From Octopus vulgaris (lineage: Eukaryota), in NCBI GenBank assembly GCA_951406725.2, contig OX597833.1, forward strand, positions 18,290,001-18,354,000: DNA of 64,000 nt, written 5' to 3'. The position numbers were made by a program, and so were the translations under genes. Positions 28,394 through 41,568 of this stretch are shown here, piece after piece (position 1 is the stretch's first letter; each line of letters begins with the position of its first letter). The notes under the pieces are model-generated. The model did no database searches and was not told the DNA's origin. It saw only the letters and a program-made list of their open reading frames with translations.

Positions 28394-29528
28394 CGTGTGC
28401 GTGTGTGTGTAATTCACCTGAGAAAACGTGTTTTTTTATATGATGTAATTGATTTGTTCATGAATAAAAAATCACGTCTGAAACAGCTGTAGGGAACCTC
28501 AGCACATCTGAGTTATTACACGCACGCACGCGTACCCTTAACGTAGTTTCCAGGGATATTAAGCGTGACACAGACAGGATGGACCTTTGAAATAGAGGTA
28601 TTACTCACTCTTGCTAGCTGAGTGGACTGGAGTAACGTGAAATAAAATATCTTGCTCAAGGACCTAACACACCGCTAGGGATCGAAATCAAGACCTTGCG
28701 GTGGTGAGCCAAATGCCCTATCCACTAAACCACGCACCGTCACACACACACACACACACACGTATGTATAAATATATGTAGGTGTGTATGCGTATGTATA
28801 TATGTTTATCTATGTGCCTGTCCCTATTATTGCTTGGTAATCGGTGTTGGCTTGTTACCGTCGCCGTAATTTAGAGGTATACAGCTATGATTGTATGTTA
28901 AGAAGCTTGTTTACCAACCACATGGTTCCAGGTTCAGTCTCACTACGTGGCACCTTGGGCAAGTGTCTTCTACTATAGCCTCGAGCCGACCAAAGCCTTG
29001 TGAGTGGATTTGATAGATAGAAAGTGAAAGGAGTTCGTTGGGTACATACATATGTACATGCATACATACACACACACGCACGCACACACACACGCACACA
29101 CACACAAACACATACACACACATATATATAGCCATCTGTTGCTATTTGTTTCTGATTCACCTATTTTACACACACACACGCACACACACACACACAGACA
29201 TATACATATATATATGGCTTCTTTCAGTTTCCGTCTACCAAATCCAGTCACTAGGCTTTGGTCGGCCCGAGTCTCTGCTAGAAGACCCTTGCCCTAGGAG
29301 TCGCGTCGTGCGCCTGAACCCAGAACCGTGTTATTAGGAACCAAACTTCTTATCATAGAGCCACACAGACGGCGGTCTTGCACACAATTTCTGTTTTCCA
29401 CGAAAATCTCACAAGAAACCGAAGGTAAAGTGGTGCTACTCGGTAGAATGTAACTGAACTTGAACCTCACTTGATTCCGTAGCTAACCCTTTTTTGAGCA
29501 CAGAGTTCTATTTTGATTTTTCTCTCAG

Positions 29529-29763
29529 TTTTATCATCTCTGAAAATCATAAGACCAACCAATTTCCAAGTTATCAAAATACCTGAAAATACGGAACCCG
29601 GTATCATCTTAAGTGCTGTCGTAGAAAATCCAACTTATGACCAGTTGAATTTTCAGCTTCAACAATACGGCTCCGACTTCTATTTAGACGGCAAAAATTT
29701 GATGACCGCTCGAAAGTTTGATTATGAGGTCAGCGGGGACAGAATGCATGATTTAACTTTGCA
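29529..29763 (+). CDS. Cadherin exon 2 (EC1)
   Basis: CTCAG|TT...IPENTEPG...FDYE...LTLQ, CA|GTAAGT; phase 1 to 2. Confidence 0.92.
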
Positions 29764-31077
29764 GTAAGTATTCTGTGTGGATTTTGTTGTTATTTAACCC
29801 TAGGTTAATACTTATCAAATGGACCTATTGTGAAATACATCTCAGTTATAACTCCATATCTCTTTACTGCTATGTAGGACTACATTGGCTAATGAGACCT
29901 TCGCTACTTAAGTCAGTAGGATCTAATTTGAGCGGAAAATTTCAGCAGTTATTTCTAACTGGTCGAAACACGGTGTAGAGGTTCTCCGGTTGGTTTCTGT
30001 GTGGTACATATTCTTTATGTTTAATCACAGGTGTTTGGCTTACGTGTCAGTGTTAATCGTACATGTGTTCAGGAGTGCATATGCGACATAGCAGACATGC
30101 GTACACTTGCATCCAGGTATTTAGAATGGTTTGCAAGACTAGTATGCTGTCCAGTTTAACACCACAGTTTTGTCTTAGGTACTTTCAGAGGAACGTTTCG
30201 GCCAGAAACCACCGCTCATGCTTTCCTTGCAAGTAGGGCTCTGCCGGTATCGAAGCAGAGCACCAGCCGCATCTATTTCTTCTGTCAGAATGGACCTATA
30301 AAATGCATGAGTACTGCTACTTCCTGAAAGACTTATACAAAAAGAAAATATACTGCGGTGGATCGCAGAATTGGTCGAGTATAAGACGGAATACTTGATG
30401 TTTCTCGTTAGGTCTCTTCATATACTGGGATCAAATCCCTCCATGGTCAATTTTATCTTTCTACGTTCCTGATATTATTAAGTTTTGGAAAGGTGAAAGA
30501 GTACGGTGTTGAACTAAATGCTTTACTATGTTTAATATTTTAAATTCTTTCCTAAGTTCAGTTCCCCATGCTGTTGACTTCGCTTCTCATCTTCCTGATT
30601 AAATAAAATGAAATGTGCCAGAAGTTATCGGGCCATAAAATGTGTGATTTTGTATTTAATGTTTTGTTTACTGATTTCTGTATAGGAACAGAAGTTCTTA
30701 AACATCTATAAAGGACCGACTCGGTGTCTGCCACTGAGAAGGCAAAATTACACGGAAACACGAGTGTATAATAGTCTGCTGGCGTCAGCAGGCGTTGTCT
30801 CGCATTTTTACACAAAACACGCAAAATTCCCTGACATTGTCCCACAGGAAATTTCTCAACGAATGCAATTTTCACATTCGAGTGTTCAGGAACGTGTTAT
30901 AAAAAAAATGCACACATAATTTTGACTCTCACTGCATCATGTGCGTATATTGAATATGTATGTGTGCGTCTAAGCGTATAAATGCGTGTACGCGTGCATG
31001 TATGCATAATCTGTTTAGTGAGTGTATGTATAAATCCACACATATACACTACAAAAATTATTTCCGTTTTGTTTCAG

Positions 31078-31274
31078 AGTGAGTGACAGTTATACTACAG
31101 TAAAGTGCAGTATCCAAGTACAAGTGACGGATATAAACGATAACAAACCGGTGTTTTCTGGTTCGTTTCACGGTTATGTGAAAGAAGAGCAGCCCGTGGG
31201 TGAAAGAGTTATTTTCAAATCTCTTTCAGTTGAAGATGACGATGCCAATGATGAGCTGAGATACTCTCTATCAG
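31078..31274 (+). CDS. Cadherin exon 3 (EC1/EC2)
   Basis: TTTCAG|A VSD...VTDINDNKPVF...EEQPVG...DDD; G|GTAAGA; phase 2 to 1. Confidence 0.95.
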
Positions 31275-31651
31275 GTAAGAAACAATGGTAACGAATGATG
31301 TTTCTGGTTTTTCTGAAATTGTCGACATTAAATCTCTATATCTATAAACGGCAAAATGTTTGTGTATCTGTGTGTCTGTGTGTCCTTTATACAAATCCAC
31401 AGTTTTTTCAAGTAAAAGGCTCGCACTTTCTATGGGCTTTCAAAACTGTCTGAGGGTGGTCGTGAAGATCTTTTCATTCCCCCAGTTACCCCAGAAAGCC
31501 ATTAAAAAAATCGATAAACTGACCCCTTATGCCCATAAGTTAGTGGCATATCCATTCAAAATCGCTAAAACATAGAAATTTGTACGCGGTGCGTGCGTAC
31601 AGCTAGATACGCCAATAGACTGCCAGCTGTTTTTTGATTGTTTATATTTAT

Positions 31652-31682
31652 ATATCAGGTCACTTGCTATGCAAGTACATCT

Positions 31683-31716
<34 letters not shown>

Positions 31717-31915
31717 AGATGTACTTGCATAGCAAGTGACCTGATATGAGATCGTGTACTAGAACAAAAACAATTGCAGCGTGGAAGGTGTTTATAAGCC
31801 ATTTAAGAAACACAGAAAAACCGTTAGATTCACTTCAACATTAAATTTAATTTGCCAAAATATTTTCGTTGCTTTGAGACCGCGACCTGTTCACTGACAA
31901 AACTTCGTGCTGCAT
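31652..31915 (-). mobile_element. Second copy of the hammerhead-bearing Penelope-like element, short inverted duplication at the other end
   Basis: 31715-31915 is homologous to 23878-24078; 31652-31747 is palindromic around (TA)n; hammerhead motif at 31851-31901 (-). Confidence 0.75.
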
Positions 31916-31916
31916 T

Positions 31917-31969
<53 letters not shown>

Positions 31970-32579
31970 AAAGCTTATATATAAAGAACGTGAAATTCAC
32001 GAATTGACAAACACGGAAAAACGGACAGTAATTCAGAGCCTTCATTCTTCAGTCAGAAACCGATTCATCATGGCAAATTTCGGCTGTTTAATTCTGAGAT
32101 TTGCTCCGAAAGGGCCAGCCCCAAGGAAAAGCTAAGCTATGGGCATTAGATTTGCTTGGTAGAAGGAAAGAATGTGACAACAGAGACGAACAGGGAAACA
32201 AGAGACGAAGATAAAATTTACAGTAACGAATAAAAACAGGAATGATACGGGGGCGTCATACGACTTTGAGACAAAATGAGACAAAACAATTGATCAGCAG
32301 CGTAGGAAACAGTTACCTTTTCGGTAGTGAAGACGGCAGTGGAATGGCTTAGCAGTAGTAGGTTTGCAAGAAGGTGAGAGAGAAAGAGAGAGGGGGGATT
32401 GAGGAGGGCCGAGAAATGACCAAGAGAGAGATAGAGAAAGAAAGAATTAAAGAGGGTGAGAGGAAGGGGCGCCAAAATAACTTGGTAAAGAAGCGCCAAA
32501 ATTCCTTGAGAAAGAAGCAATGGCGGATGATGAAAGGGGAGTTTAAAGTTGAAGACATCGTGCAATAGTGGAGATATGG

Positions 32580-32626
<47 letters not shown>

Positions 32627-32628
<2 letters not shown>

Positions 32629-32823
32629 TCTATAATTATGAGTATGCTTATAATTAGGGTTCAGCAAAATTTGCTTCACCACATAACGAAATTTAGAAAT
32701 AGCAGTTAAAAACTACTATTCTACTACTATAAGATATCTCCCAGACAGCTGTTTGGGAGATATCTTATAGGTGAAGCAAATTTTGTTGAACTCTAATTAT
32801 AATTATACTCATAATTATAGAAT
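32627..32823. repeat. Nested inverted repeat
   Basis: Outer arms 32627-32680 / 32770-32823; inner near-perfect palindrome 32727-32770 centred on CAGCTG. Confidence 0.85.
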
Positions 32824-32921
32824 GTTTGTATAAGTTTACCGATCATGGTTCTTTTAACATACCGAACTACTTGGTAAAATTATTAATTATTAATTAATTA
32901 ATTAATTAATTTTACCCCTTA

Positions 32922-32989
<68 letters not shown>

Positions 32990-33689
32990 TTGCCTGCTGA
33001 GTGGACTGGAGCAACGTGACATAAAGTGTCTTGCTCAAGGACACAACACGCCGCTGGAAATTGAACTCATTACTTTGAGGTGTAAGAAAGTAAATAAGAG
33101 AAGATTTGAAATGAAGTGAAGAGGTGGGAGGGGTGGGTGACGTCGGTGTTAGTTTTGAAGTAGAATTTTGAAAGGGATGTAGTGTGAGGTGTCTGTGATG
33201 CTGAATAGAAAGATGCTAATAACTGAAAAAGGTGGGGGGAGAAAGACATAATAATCTGAAAGAGGGCAAAAGGGAACATTGCAGTATAAAAGACGGAAGA
33301 GGAGGAAAGAAGGTTAAGTAAAAGAAAGACCAGGTGACAAAGATGAACTAAGAATATTTTTTAATTTAGACTGACCAAATTATTTGGCCGGTAATATTGG
33401 TGTCAAAGTTTGGCACTAGACCAGCAGGTTTGGGAAAAGGGGTAAGTCGATTACATCGACCCCCGTGCTCAACTGGTACTTACTTTATCGACCCCGAAAG
33501 GATGAAAGACAAGTCGACTCAAAGGATGAAAGGATGAAAGACCCGAAAGACCCGAAAGGATGAAAGACAAGTCGACTCCCGTGGCATGTGAACTCAGAAC
33601 GTAAAATCGAGAGAAATGCCGCGAAGCATTTTGCCTTGCGCGGTAACGATTCTACCAGTTCGCTGCCTTATTTGGCTTGTAATATTAAA

Positions 33690-35059
33690 CTTTTATGGGG
33701 TCGCTTGATCTGCTAAAGCTAAAAACCAAATACCTCTCAAATCTCCTTCTACAATCTTTGAAATGGTGGAAGGACATATTGGATAATAGAGTCCTTGATG
33801 TACCTATGTACTTACTATACCCGAGAAAAAAACTGGATGGGAACGGCTAGAACATGGTTGTTTATTGAAATGACTTGGTGTTAGGCAAAAATGGTACCAC
33901 AAAACGAGGGAACGTAAAGTACGGCTTGATTTGTTAGAAATAGCAGCTAAATCTTCCTGAACTCATACTTTTAACGAATGACGTCACCAAGAAGTCAACC
34001 AGCCAGAACGCTCGATGTTTTGGTCATATATTTTGGCTTGGCTCAAACCAAGCAAAATATGTGACCAGCACGCCCGAAAAGCAAATAACATATTGAAGTA
34101 GTCAGGCAACGAAAATACTAAAGACCACAGGCAGACAAAAGCAAGTGATGTCATTAAAGTTACAGCCAATCAAAACTCGAGTCTTTACCTCAAAAACCTA
34201 TAAGCTTGCTTCCCAACCACATGGTTCCGGGTTCAGTCCCAGTGCGTAGAACTTTTGGCAAGTGTCTTTTACTATAGCCTCGGGCTGACCAAAGACTTGT
34301 GAGTGGATTTGGTAAACGGAAATTGAAAGAAGCCCACGGTATATATATATATCAAAATTTATTTTCCGTAATGAGATAAAAAAACCAAGGCTGTGTCGAT
34401 CTTAGAACATTTATAAATAGGTCTTACAGCTGTTTCTAGGATATTTATTATATCCCGTCATCGGAGACGGTGTGAGAAGATAGTTAAGCAATAGTTAATT
34501 TAGGTAAGATACGAAGTAGAGAGTGAGGTAGAGAAATGAAAATAGATGTGAGATATATATATATATATATATATTTATGTGTGTATGTATGTATGTATAC
34601 ATATATACATATACATCTGTGTGTGCGTGTGTGTGTGTGCATTGGATAATGTAGTCTTGGATACAGTTTACATAAAATGGGATGGTCTTTGATGGAGCGT
34701 TTTGATCGTAGATATATTTGGTAAGACTTGACGTTGAGATAGCAAATACTAAGAACAAAACAACTGTACCACATGGAACCAACGTGAATGCTTTTATGGG
34801 GTCGCTTGATCTGCTAAAACTAAAAATCAAATACCTCTGAAATCTCCTCTTTGAAATTGTGGAAGGACATATTGGATAACAGAGTCCTTGGTGTACCTAT
34901 GTACTTAATATACCCGAGAAAAAGACTGGATGGGAACGTCGAGAAAATGCTTGTTTATCGAACTGACTTGGTGTTAGGTAACAATGGTACCACAAAACGA
35001 GGGAACGTAAAGTACGGCTTGATTTGTTAGAAATAGCAGCTAAATCTTCCTGCACTCAT
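33690..35059 (+). repeat. Local ~275-bp direct duplication (33690-33967 and 34791-35059)
   Basis: Both run CTTTTATGGGGTCGCTTGATCTGC ... AAATCTTCCTG.ACTCATA with scattered substitutions. Confidence 0.85.
34421..34468 (-). ncRNA. Minimal hammerhead motif (CCGATGA core variant)
   Basis: Minus strand GTCT-CCGATGA-C-GGGATA-TAATAAA-TATCCT-A-GAAA-CAGCTG-TA-AGAC. Confidence 0.6.
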
Positions 35060-35369
35060 AGTCTGCTACCTTAAAACCATATCACGTTGCTTAAAACGAT
35101 CATTTGACTGTATTTACTTAAGAGTAAGAGACGGTGTTAGAAGCGGTTGCTAAATATTTTGAACAAGGATACAAAAGATTTGTAAGAAATGGAAATAAAT
35201 ACAAGACATTTTAACATACAGGCTCTTTACCAGACTGACTCTTTACCAGATAGGCCCTTCCCCAAACAGACCCTATCAGACCTATCCCTAGCTGATGTAA
35301 CTAGAAAAAAAAAAAGAGGTGAGAAAAATAAGTGAATTAATTTTGTCCTTATGTCACCGTTGGTTTCAG

Positions 35370-35606
35370 GTGTTGACAGTAATAAATTTTCCATGAGTAA
35401 AAGCGTCATTGATATCCGAACGTCTGCGAAATTCGATCGAGATACTGGTAAAAAATACTACGATAAGCTGTTATTGACTGTAAAAGATTTGGCTAACCAC
35501 ACAGACAGCAACCGGTTAAATATCACCATCATTGACGTCAATGATAATTCTCCGAAATGTACTCCGGATATTTACACGGTATACATCAACGAAGACGTGC
35601 CTATAG
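35370..35606 (+). CDS. Cadherin exon 4 (EC2/EC3)
   Basis: TTTCAG|GT...FDRD...TVKD...IIDVNDNSP...INEDVPIG; G|GTGAGT; phase 1 to 1. Confidence 0.95.
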
Positions 35607-35646
35607 GTGAGTCACTTTAATTATTATTATTATATTTTGGTCAAAA

Positions 35647-36480
35647 AGGTGGCGAGCTGGTAAATTGCTTAGTGGCATTTCGTCCGTCTTTACGTTATGA
35701 GTTCAAATTCCGACGAGGTCGACTTTGCCTTTCATCCTTTCGGGGTCGATAAACTATGCACCAGTTGAACCCTGCGGTCGATGTAATCGACTTAGCTCCT
35801 CCTATGGAATTACTGGCCTTGAGTCAAAATTTGAAATCAATATTATATTTGGCCAAAAAGGCGGCGAGCTGGCAGAATCGTTAGCACGTCGGGCGAAATG
35901 CTTATCGGTATTTCGTCTGCCGTTACGTTCTGAGTTCAAATTCCGCCGAGGTCGACTTCGCCTTTCATCCTTTCGGGGTCGATTAAATAAGTACCAGTTA
36001 CGCACTGGGTTCGATATAATCGACTTAATCCGTCTGTCTGTCCTTGTTTGTCTCCTCTGTGTTTAGCCCCTTGTGGGTAGTAGAGAAATAGGTATTTCCA
36101 CCATCCACAGGTTCTGAGTTCAAATTCTGCCGAGGTCGACTTTGTATTTCATCCTTTCGGGATCGATAAAATAAGTACCAGTTGAGTACCAGTACTCAGC
36201 AGCCCCTTTCCTCAAAATCATTGACCGTTTGCCAAAAATTAGGAAGAAAACTACCATTTAAACAAAAGGGGGTCAGCACGTAGAATCGTTAGCACGTCGG
36301 CAAAAGTACTTAGCGTTATTTCTTCAGATTCATCACATTCTGAGTTCAAATTCCACTAGGTCGACTTTGCCTGACATCCTTGCGAGGTCGATAAAATAAC
36401 TACCAACCGAGTACTGGATTCAATATAATCGATTAACCCACCTCGTAAAATCACTGGCCTTGTGCCAAAATTTGAAACTG
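35647..36480 (+). mobile_element. Cluster of tandem/nested SINE-A copies
   Basis: Four consecutive + strand units, one joined via GAAATA|GGTATTTC at about 36090. Confidence 0.85.
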
Positions 36481-36964
36481 TATCATATTTGGACAATAAC
36501 TTTAAAATTGGTTTGTGAGCTATTGTTAGATAATAAACTTGGAGAATGAAAAGTAATTAAAACTAAAGTGGAGGTGCATGGCTTAGTGGTTAGGATGTCA
36601 GCATCATGATCGTAAGATTGTGGTTTCGATTCCTGGACCGGGTGACGCGTTGTGTTCTTGAGCAAAACACTTCATTTCACGTTGCTCCAGTCCTCTCAGC
36701 TGACTAAAATGAGTAACGCTGCGATGGACTGGCGTCCCGTCCAGCTGGGGAGCGCATACGCCATAGAAACTGGGAAACCGGGCCCATGAGTCTGGCTAGG
36801 CTTTAAAAGGGCGCATTTATTATTTTTTTAATTAAAATTAAACTGAATAAATGAAATAACTTTAAATTGATTGATGCAATGTTATTGTCTTTCTGTGGTG
36901 GTAACACAGAGCCGGTTGCATGGATCTTATTGAATCAAAATATTTTGATCGAATCTTATTTACT

Positions 36965-37140
36965 GGCACAGGAGTGGCTGTGTGGTAAGTAACTTGCTTA
37001 CCAACCACATGGTTCCGTAGAAGTGCCACTGCGTGGCACCTTGGCCAAGTGTTGTCTACTATAGCCTCGGGCCGACTAAAGCCTTGTGAGTCGATTTGGT
37101 AGACGGAAACTGAAAGAAGCCCGTCGTATATATGTATATG

Positions 37141-37173
<33 letters not shown>

Positions 37174-37628
37174 ATGTGTGTCAGTGTTTGTCCCCCATCC
37201 CAACATTGCTTGACAACCGATGCTGGGGTGTTTACGTCCCCGTAACTTAGCGGTTCGGCAAAACATACCTATTTCTTTACAGCCCACAAGGGGCTAAACA
37301 CAGAGGGGACAAACAAGAACAGACAAACGGATTAAGTCAATTACATCAACCCCAGTGCGTAACTGGTACTTAATTTATCGACCCCGAAAAGATGAAAAGC
37401 AAAGTCGACCTCGGTGGAATTCGACTTTGCCTTTCATCCTTTCGGGGCCGATAAATTAAGTACCAGTTACGCACTGGGGTCGATGTAATTGACTTAATCC
37501 GTTCGGCAAAACATGCCGATAAAATAAGTACTAGGCTTACAAAGAATAAGTCCTAGGGTCGATTTCCTCGACTAAAGGCGGTGCTCCAGCATGGTCGCAG
37601 TCAAATGACTGATACAAGTAAAGAGTAA
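36965..37628 (+). mobile_element. SINE family B interrupted by a fold-back SINE-A insertion
   Basis: Family B head, internal microsatellite and tail; insert 37267-37500 flanked by 14-bp TSD GTTCGGCAAAACAT. Confidence 0.9.
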
Positions 37629-37866
37629 CTGGTTAGGGCGACAGAGCGAAAAGCAAAATGAAACGCTAGTAATAAGTGCTTATCTCTTTCTTGTTTCAGT
37701 CATTAGACTGCGTCCATGCTGGGGCACCGCCTTGAAGATTATTTTTTTGATTGAATGATACGAGTAATGTTGCAAGGATGCCTGTAGGTTGTATAATGCC
37801 CTTTCACTACCTCTACTTTCACTATTTCTTAATATTCAAAGCAAATCAAAATTTTTTATCTTACAG

Positions 37867-38120
37867 GAAGTGACGTCATTTCGATAAAATGTCGGGACAT
37901 GGATGAAGGTAGGAACGGATATATCTCTATGCGCTTTCAAAGTACTGCTTCTTCGGACAAATTTGAAATTAGACCAGACGGAAGAATTAAAATAAAGAGT
38001 ACCCTGGATTATGAATCCCTGGAGAATTTTAATTCCTTCCTCAAATTAACAGTTTTTGTTAAAGACAACCCACCAGATTCAAAGGATTCATTGACATCGA
38101 CAGTAGCAGTCAACATTAAG
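37867..38120 (+). CDS. Cadherin exon 5 (EC3)
   Basis: TTACAG|GA...CRDMDEGRNG...LDYE...VKDNP; AAG|GTACGT; phase 1 to 0. Confidence 0.95.
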
Positions 38121-38451
38121 GTACGTACTACCTCTGTCTCCTCTTATATAACAACCAATTCAGAAGATTTCATGCAAAGAATGTTTTATAAAAAATACTT
38201 TTTCACACTTGGACTGATTACAATCAGTGAACTCTTTACTCTTTTACTCTTTTACTTGTTTCAGTCATGTGACTGTGGACATGCTGGAGCACCGCCTTTT
38301 AGTCGAACAAATCGACCCCAGGACTTATTCTTTGGAAACCTATTACTTAATCTATCGGTCTCTTTTGCCGAACCGCTAAGTTACGGGGACGTAAACACAC
38401 CACCATCGGTTGTCAAGCGATGTTGGGGGTACAAACACAAACACACACACA

Positions 38452-38495
<44 letters not shown>

Positions 38496-38747
38496 CATAT
38501 ATACGACGGGCTTCTTTCAGTTCCCGTCTACCAAATCCACTCACAAGGCTTTGGTCGGCCCGAGGCTATAGTAGAAGGCACTTGCCAAAGGTGCCACGCA
38601 GTGGGACTGAACCCGGAACCATGTGGTTGGTAAGCGAGCTACTTACCACACGGCCACTCCTGCGCCTATGTGACCATAACAACCCAAACTGTTACGTTTT
38701 TAATTGTCCTTTTTTTATTCCCTTTCTTCCTTGCTGGCTCTTTTCAG

Positions 38748-38925
38748 GTTCTCCCCGTTAATGAATACAGTCCTACCTGGGTGGAATTTTTACCTGCATC
38801 GCTTAACAACGTATATTATGTTAGTGAAAATGCAGTCATTGGCACCGTGATCCTTACAGTGAAGGCAGAAGATCGAGACAGAGGACCGGACTGTTTTATC
38901 ATTTATCGCCTCGTGAGCAACAGCG
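38748..38925 (+). CDS. Cadherin exon 6 (EC3/EC4)
   Basis: TTTCAG|VLPVNEYSP...VSENAVIG...AEDRDRG; G|GTAAGG; phase 0 to 1. Confidence 0.95.
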
Positions 38926-39201
38926 GTAAGGACAATTTTGGCAATTTAGACCAGTGGTTTTCAAACCCTTTGTTTACTATTCTATTCTGGTGCCCCCTCC
39001 CCCCCTAGCCATTCGATGTTTAAAAACTAGTCTTATAGATTCTTCTTTCAAAATTCCTATTTCCTTTTTTCACAAATTCACTTGTGTAGTACTTATTCTA
39101 TCGGCCTCTCTTTTGAACCGCTAAGTTACGGGGACGTAAACACACCAGTATCGGTTGTCAAGCGATGTTGGGGGGAGGAGACAAATACAGACACACAAAC
39201 A

Positions 39202-39310
<109 letters not shown>

Positions 39311-39668
39311 GCATAATGTTAGGGAAAGAAATCTGTTACTTGCTATATACATATCTAAAGCAAAAAATTTTCATGGGCCCCTAAAATACTACTGTGGGTC
39401 CCCAATTTACTATTTTGTTGTGTGGACCCCTAGAAATATTATATGGACCCTGGCTGTGAACCATAATTTTGACAATTTATTGTTTCAAACAATTTTATAA
39501 TTTTGTATATTCCTTAGCAATAAGTTTGGAGGGATTCCCTTTTCCTTTTTACTTGTTTCAGTCATATGACTGTGGTCATGCTGGAGCACCACCTTTAGTC
39601 GAGCAAATCATGTAACACAACTTGCCTTTTGTTCAGTCCCTTTTCTATATTTTTATCATAAATTTCAG

Positions 39669-40207
39669 AGAGTTCAGCCAAGTTTAGATTGGACGGTATT
39701 ACAGGTGAACTATCAACAAAATCTTTCTTGGATCGAGATGTCAAGAGCGGTGGTCGACATTCCTACAAGTTACAAGTGGAGGCCGTAGACAACGGAGGTC
39801 AAACATCGGGTATCTCACAACTGACTATTAATCTCCTAGAATACAACGACAACGCTCCAACTTTCTCTAAATCTGTTTACGGGGTCACAATCAAAGAGAG
39901 TATGGCGGTCGGCGAAAATGTCGTTTTACTCTCGGCAGACGACATTGATGAAAGCACAGCCTTGTCATTGCATATCGTTGACGGAGACAAGAATAAGTTC
40001 GGTTTCCACAGCTCCGTTTTTGGCCAGATAATATTATCAAAATCAATAGAATTGGATGGATTAAGGCCTGATCCTAGTCTTTATTCCCTCAAAGTAATTG
40101 TGAAAGACGGTGATACAAATGAAAAAACAGGAAGCTGTCAAGTGTTAATCTCTGTGGAATCTGCCAATGATAATGCCCCAGCATTTGAAAAGACAAAGAC
40201 TATCAAG
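39669..40207 (+). CDS. Cadherin exon 7 (EC4/EC5)
   Basis: TTTCAG|AG...LDRD...AVDNGG...EYNDNAPTF...ADDID...SANDNAPAF; AAG|GTAAGC; phase 1 to 0. Confidence 0.96.
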
Positions 40208-40390
40208 GTAAGCATAAAATGAATGGCGTTGTACTCCTACTTTTTTTTTATCTCGAAGGAAAACCACTTGAAATGGAATTTTTTAGTTGGTATCTTTTAC
40301 GTCAGAGATTTTCCACTTATTTGGTGACGTATACATACAGATATATATATATGTATGTATGTATATGTATGTGTGTATGTAAATATATAT

Positions 40391-40450
<60 letters not shown>

Positions 40451-40457
40451 TATATGT

Positions 40458-40507
<50 letters not shown>

Positions 40508-40566
40508 ACATATATCTATATATATATATATATAATATATATATAATATATATATGTGTATACATA

Positions 40567-40605
<39 letters not shown>

Positions 40606-40617
40606 ATATATATGTGT

Positions 40618-40690
<73 letters not shown>

Positions 40691-41028
40691 CAACGTAAAA
40701 AATATATTTTATGTGCGTGGAGGGTGGTTTGCTTAGCTGGCTGTTTGCGTGTATATGTATATATATATATATATATGTGTGTGTGGTGTGTGTGTGTGTG
40801 TGTGTATGCGTGTGTGTGTGTGTGCGTGTGTGTGTCTTTCGTTGACCTTACAATTAACGAACAATCGAAGAAAGAATCATTAGAGAATTCCCTCCTCCAA
40901 AGTACACACACGCCTCCTCTCAACAAACATGTCCTCACTGCTGATAAGACACCAGCATTATTTACATGCCTTCATCACATATTTCTATTTCAAGCCAGAC
41001 ATGAACTTAAGTAAATAACAACTAATCG

Positions 41029-41076
<48 letters not shown>

Positions 41077-41374
41077 GCGAAACCTTTCATCTTTGATTGT
41101 CTGTTGTTAGCTTGTTTCAATTATGGGATTCCGGCCATGCTGGAGTACTGCTTTGAAAGGAATTTTTGGAGACGAACGAATCGAACTCGGTACTTTATTT
41201 TCAGGTCTGGTACTTAATCTTATGCCGAACCGCTAAGTTTCGGGGACTTAAAGAAAACAGCACCGGTTGTCAAGTCGTGTAGGTGGGTGGGAACAGACAC
41301 AGACACAAAAGGCACACACCTAGACACATGCACACACACATACATACATGCACACACACACACACACACATATA

Positions 41375-41451
<77 letters not shown>

Positions 41452-41568
41452 GCATATATATATATATATATAGACACACACTCACGCATACAGATATATA
41501 TACATATAAAGACATATGTATGTATGTATCTGTGTATTTATCCTTCTATCTATTTATTTGCACATACC

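Noticed and set aside
38121-38633. 3' half of the 244-aa ORF 37899-38633
   Set aside because: Read-through past the donor at 38120 into intron and an antisense SINE-B
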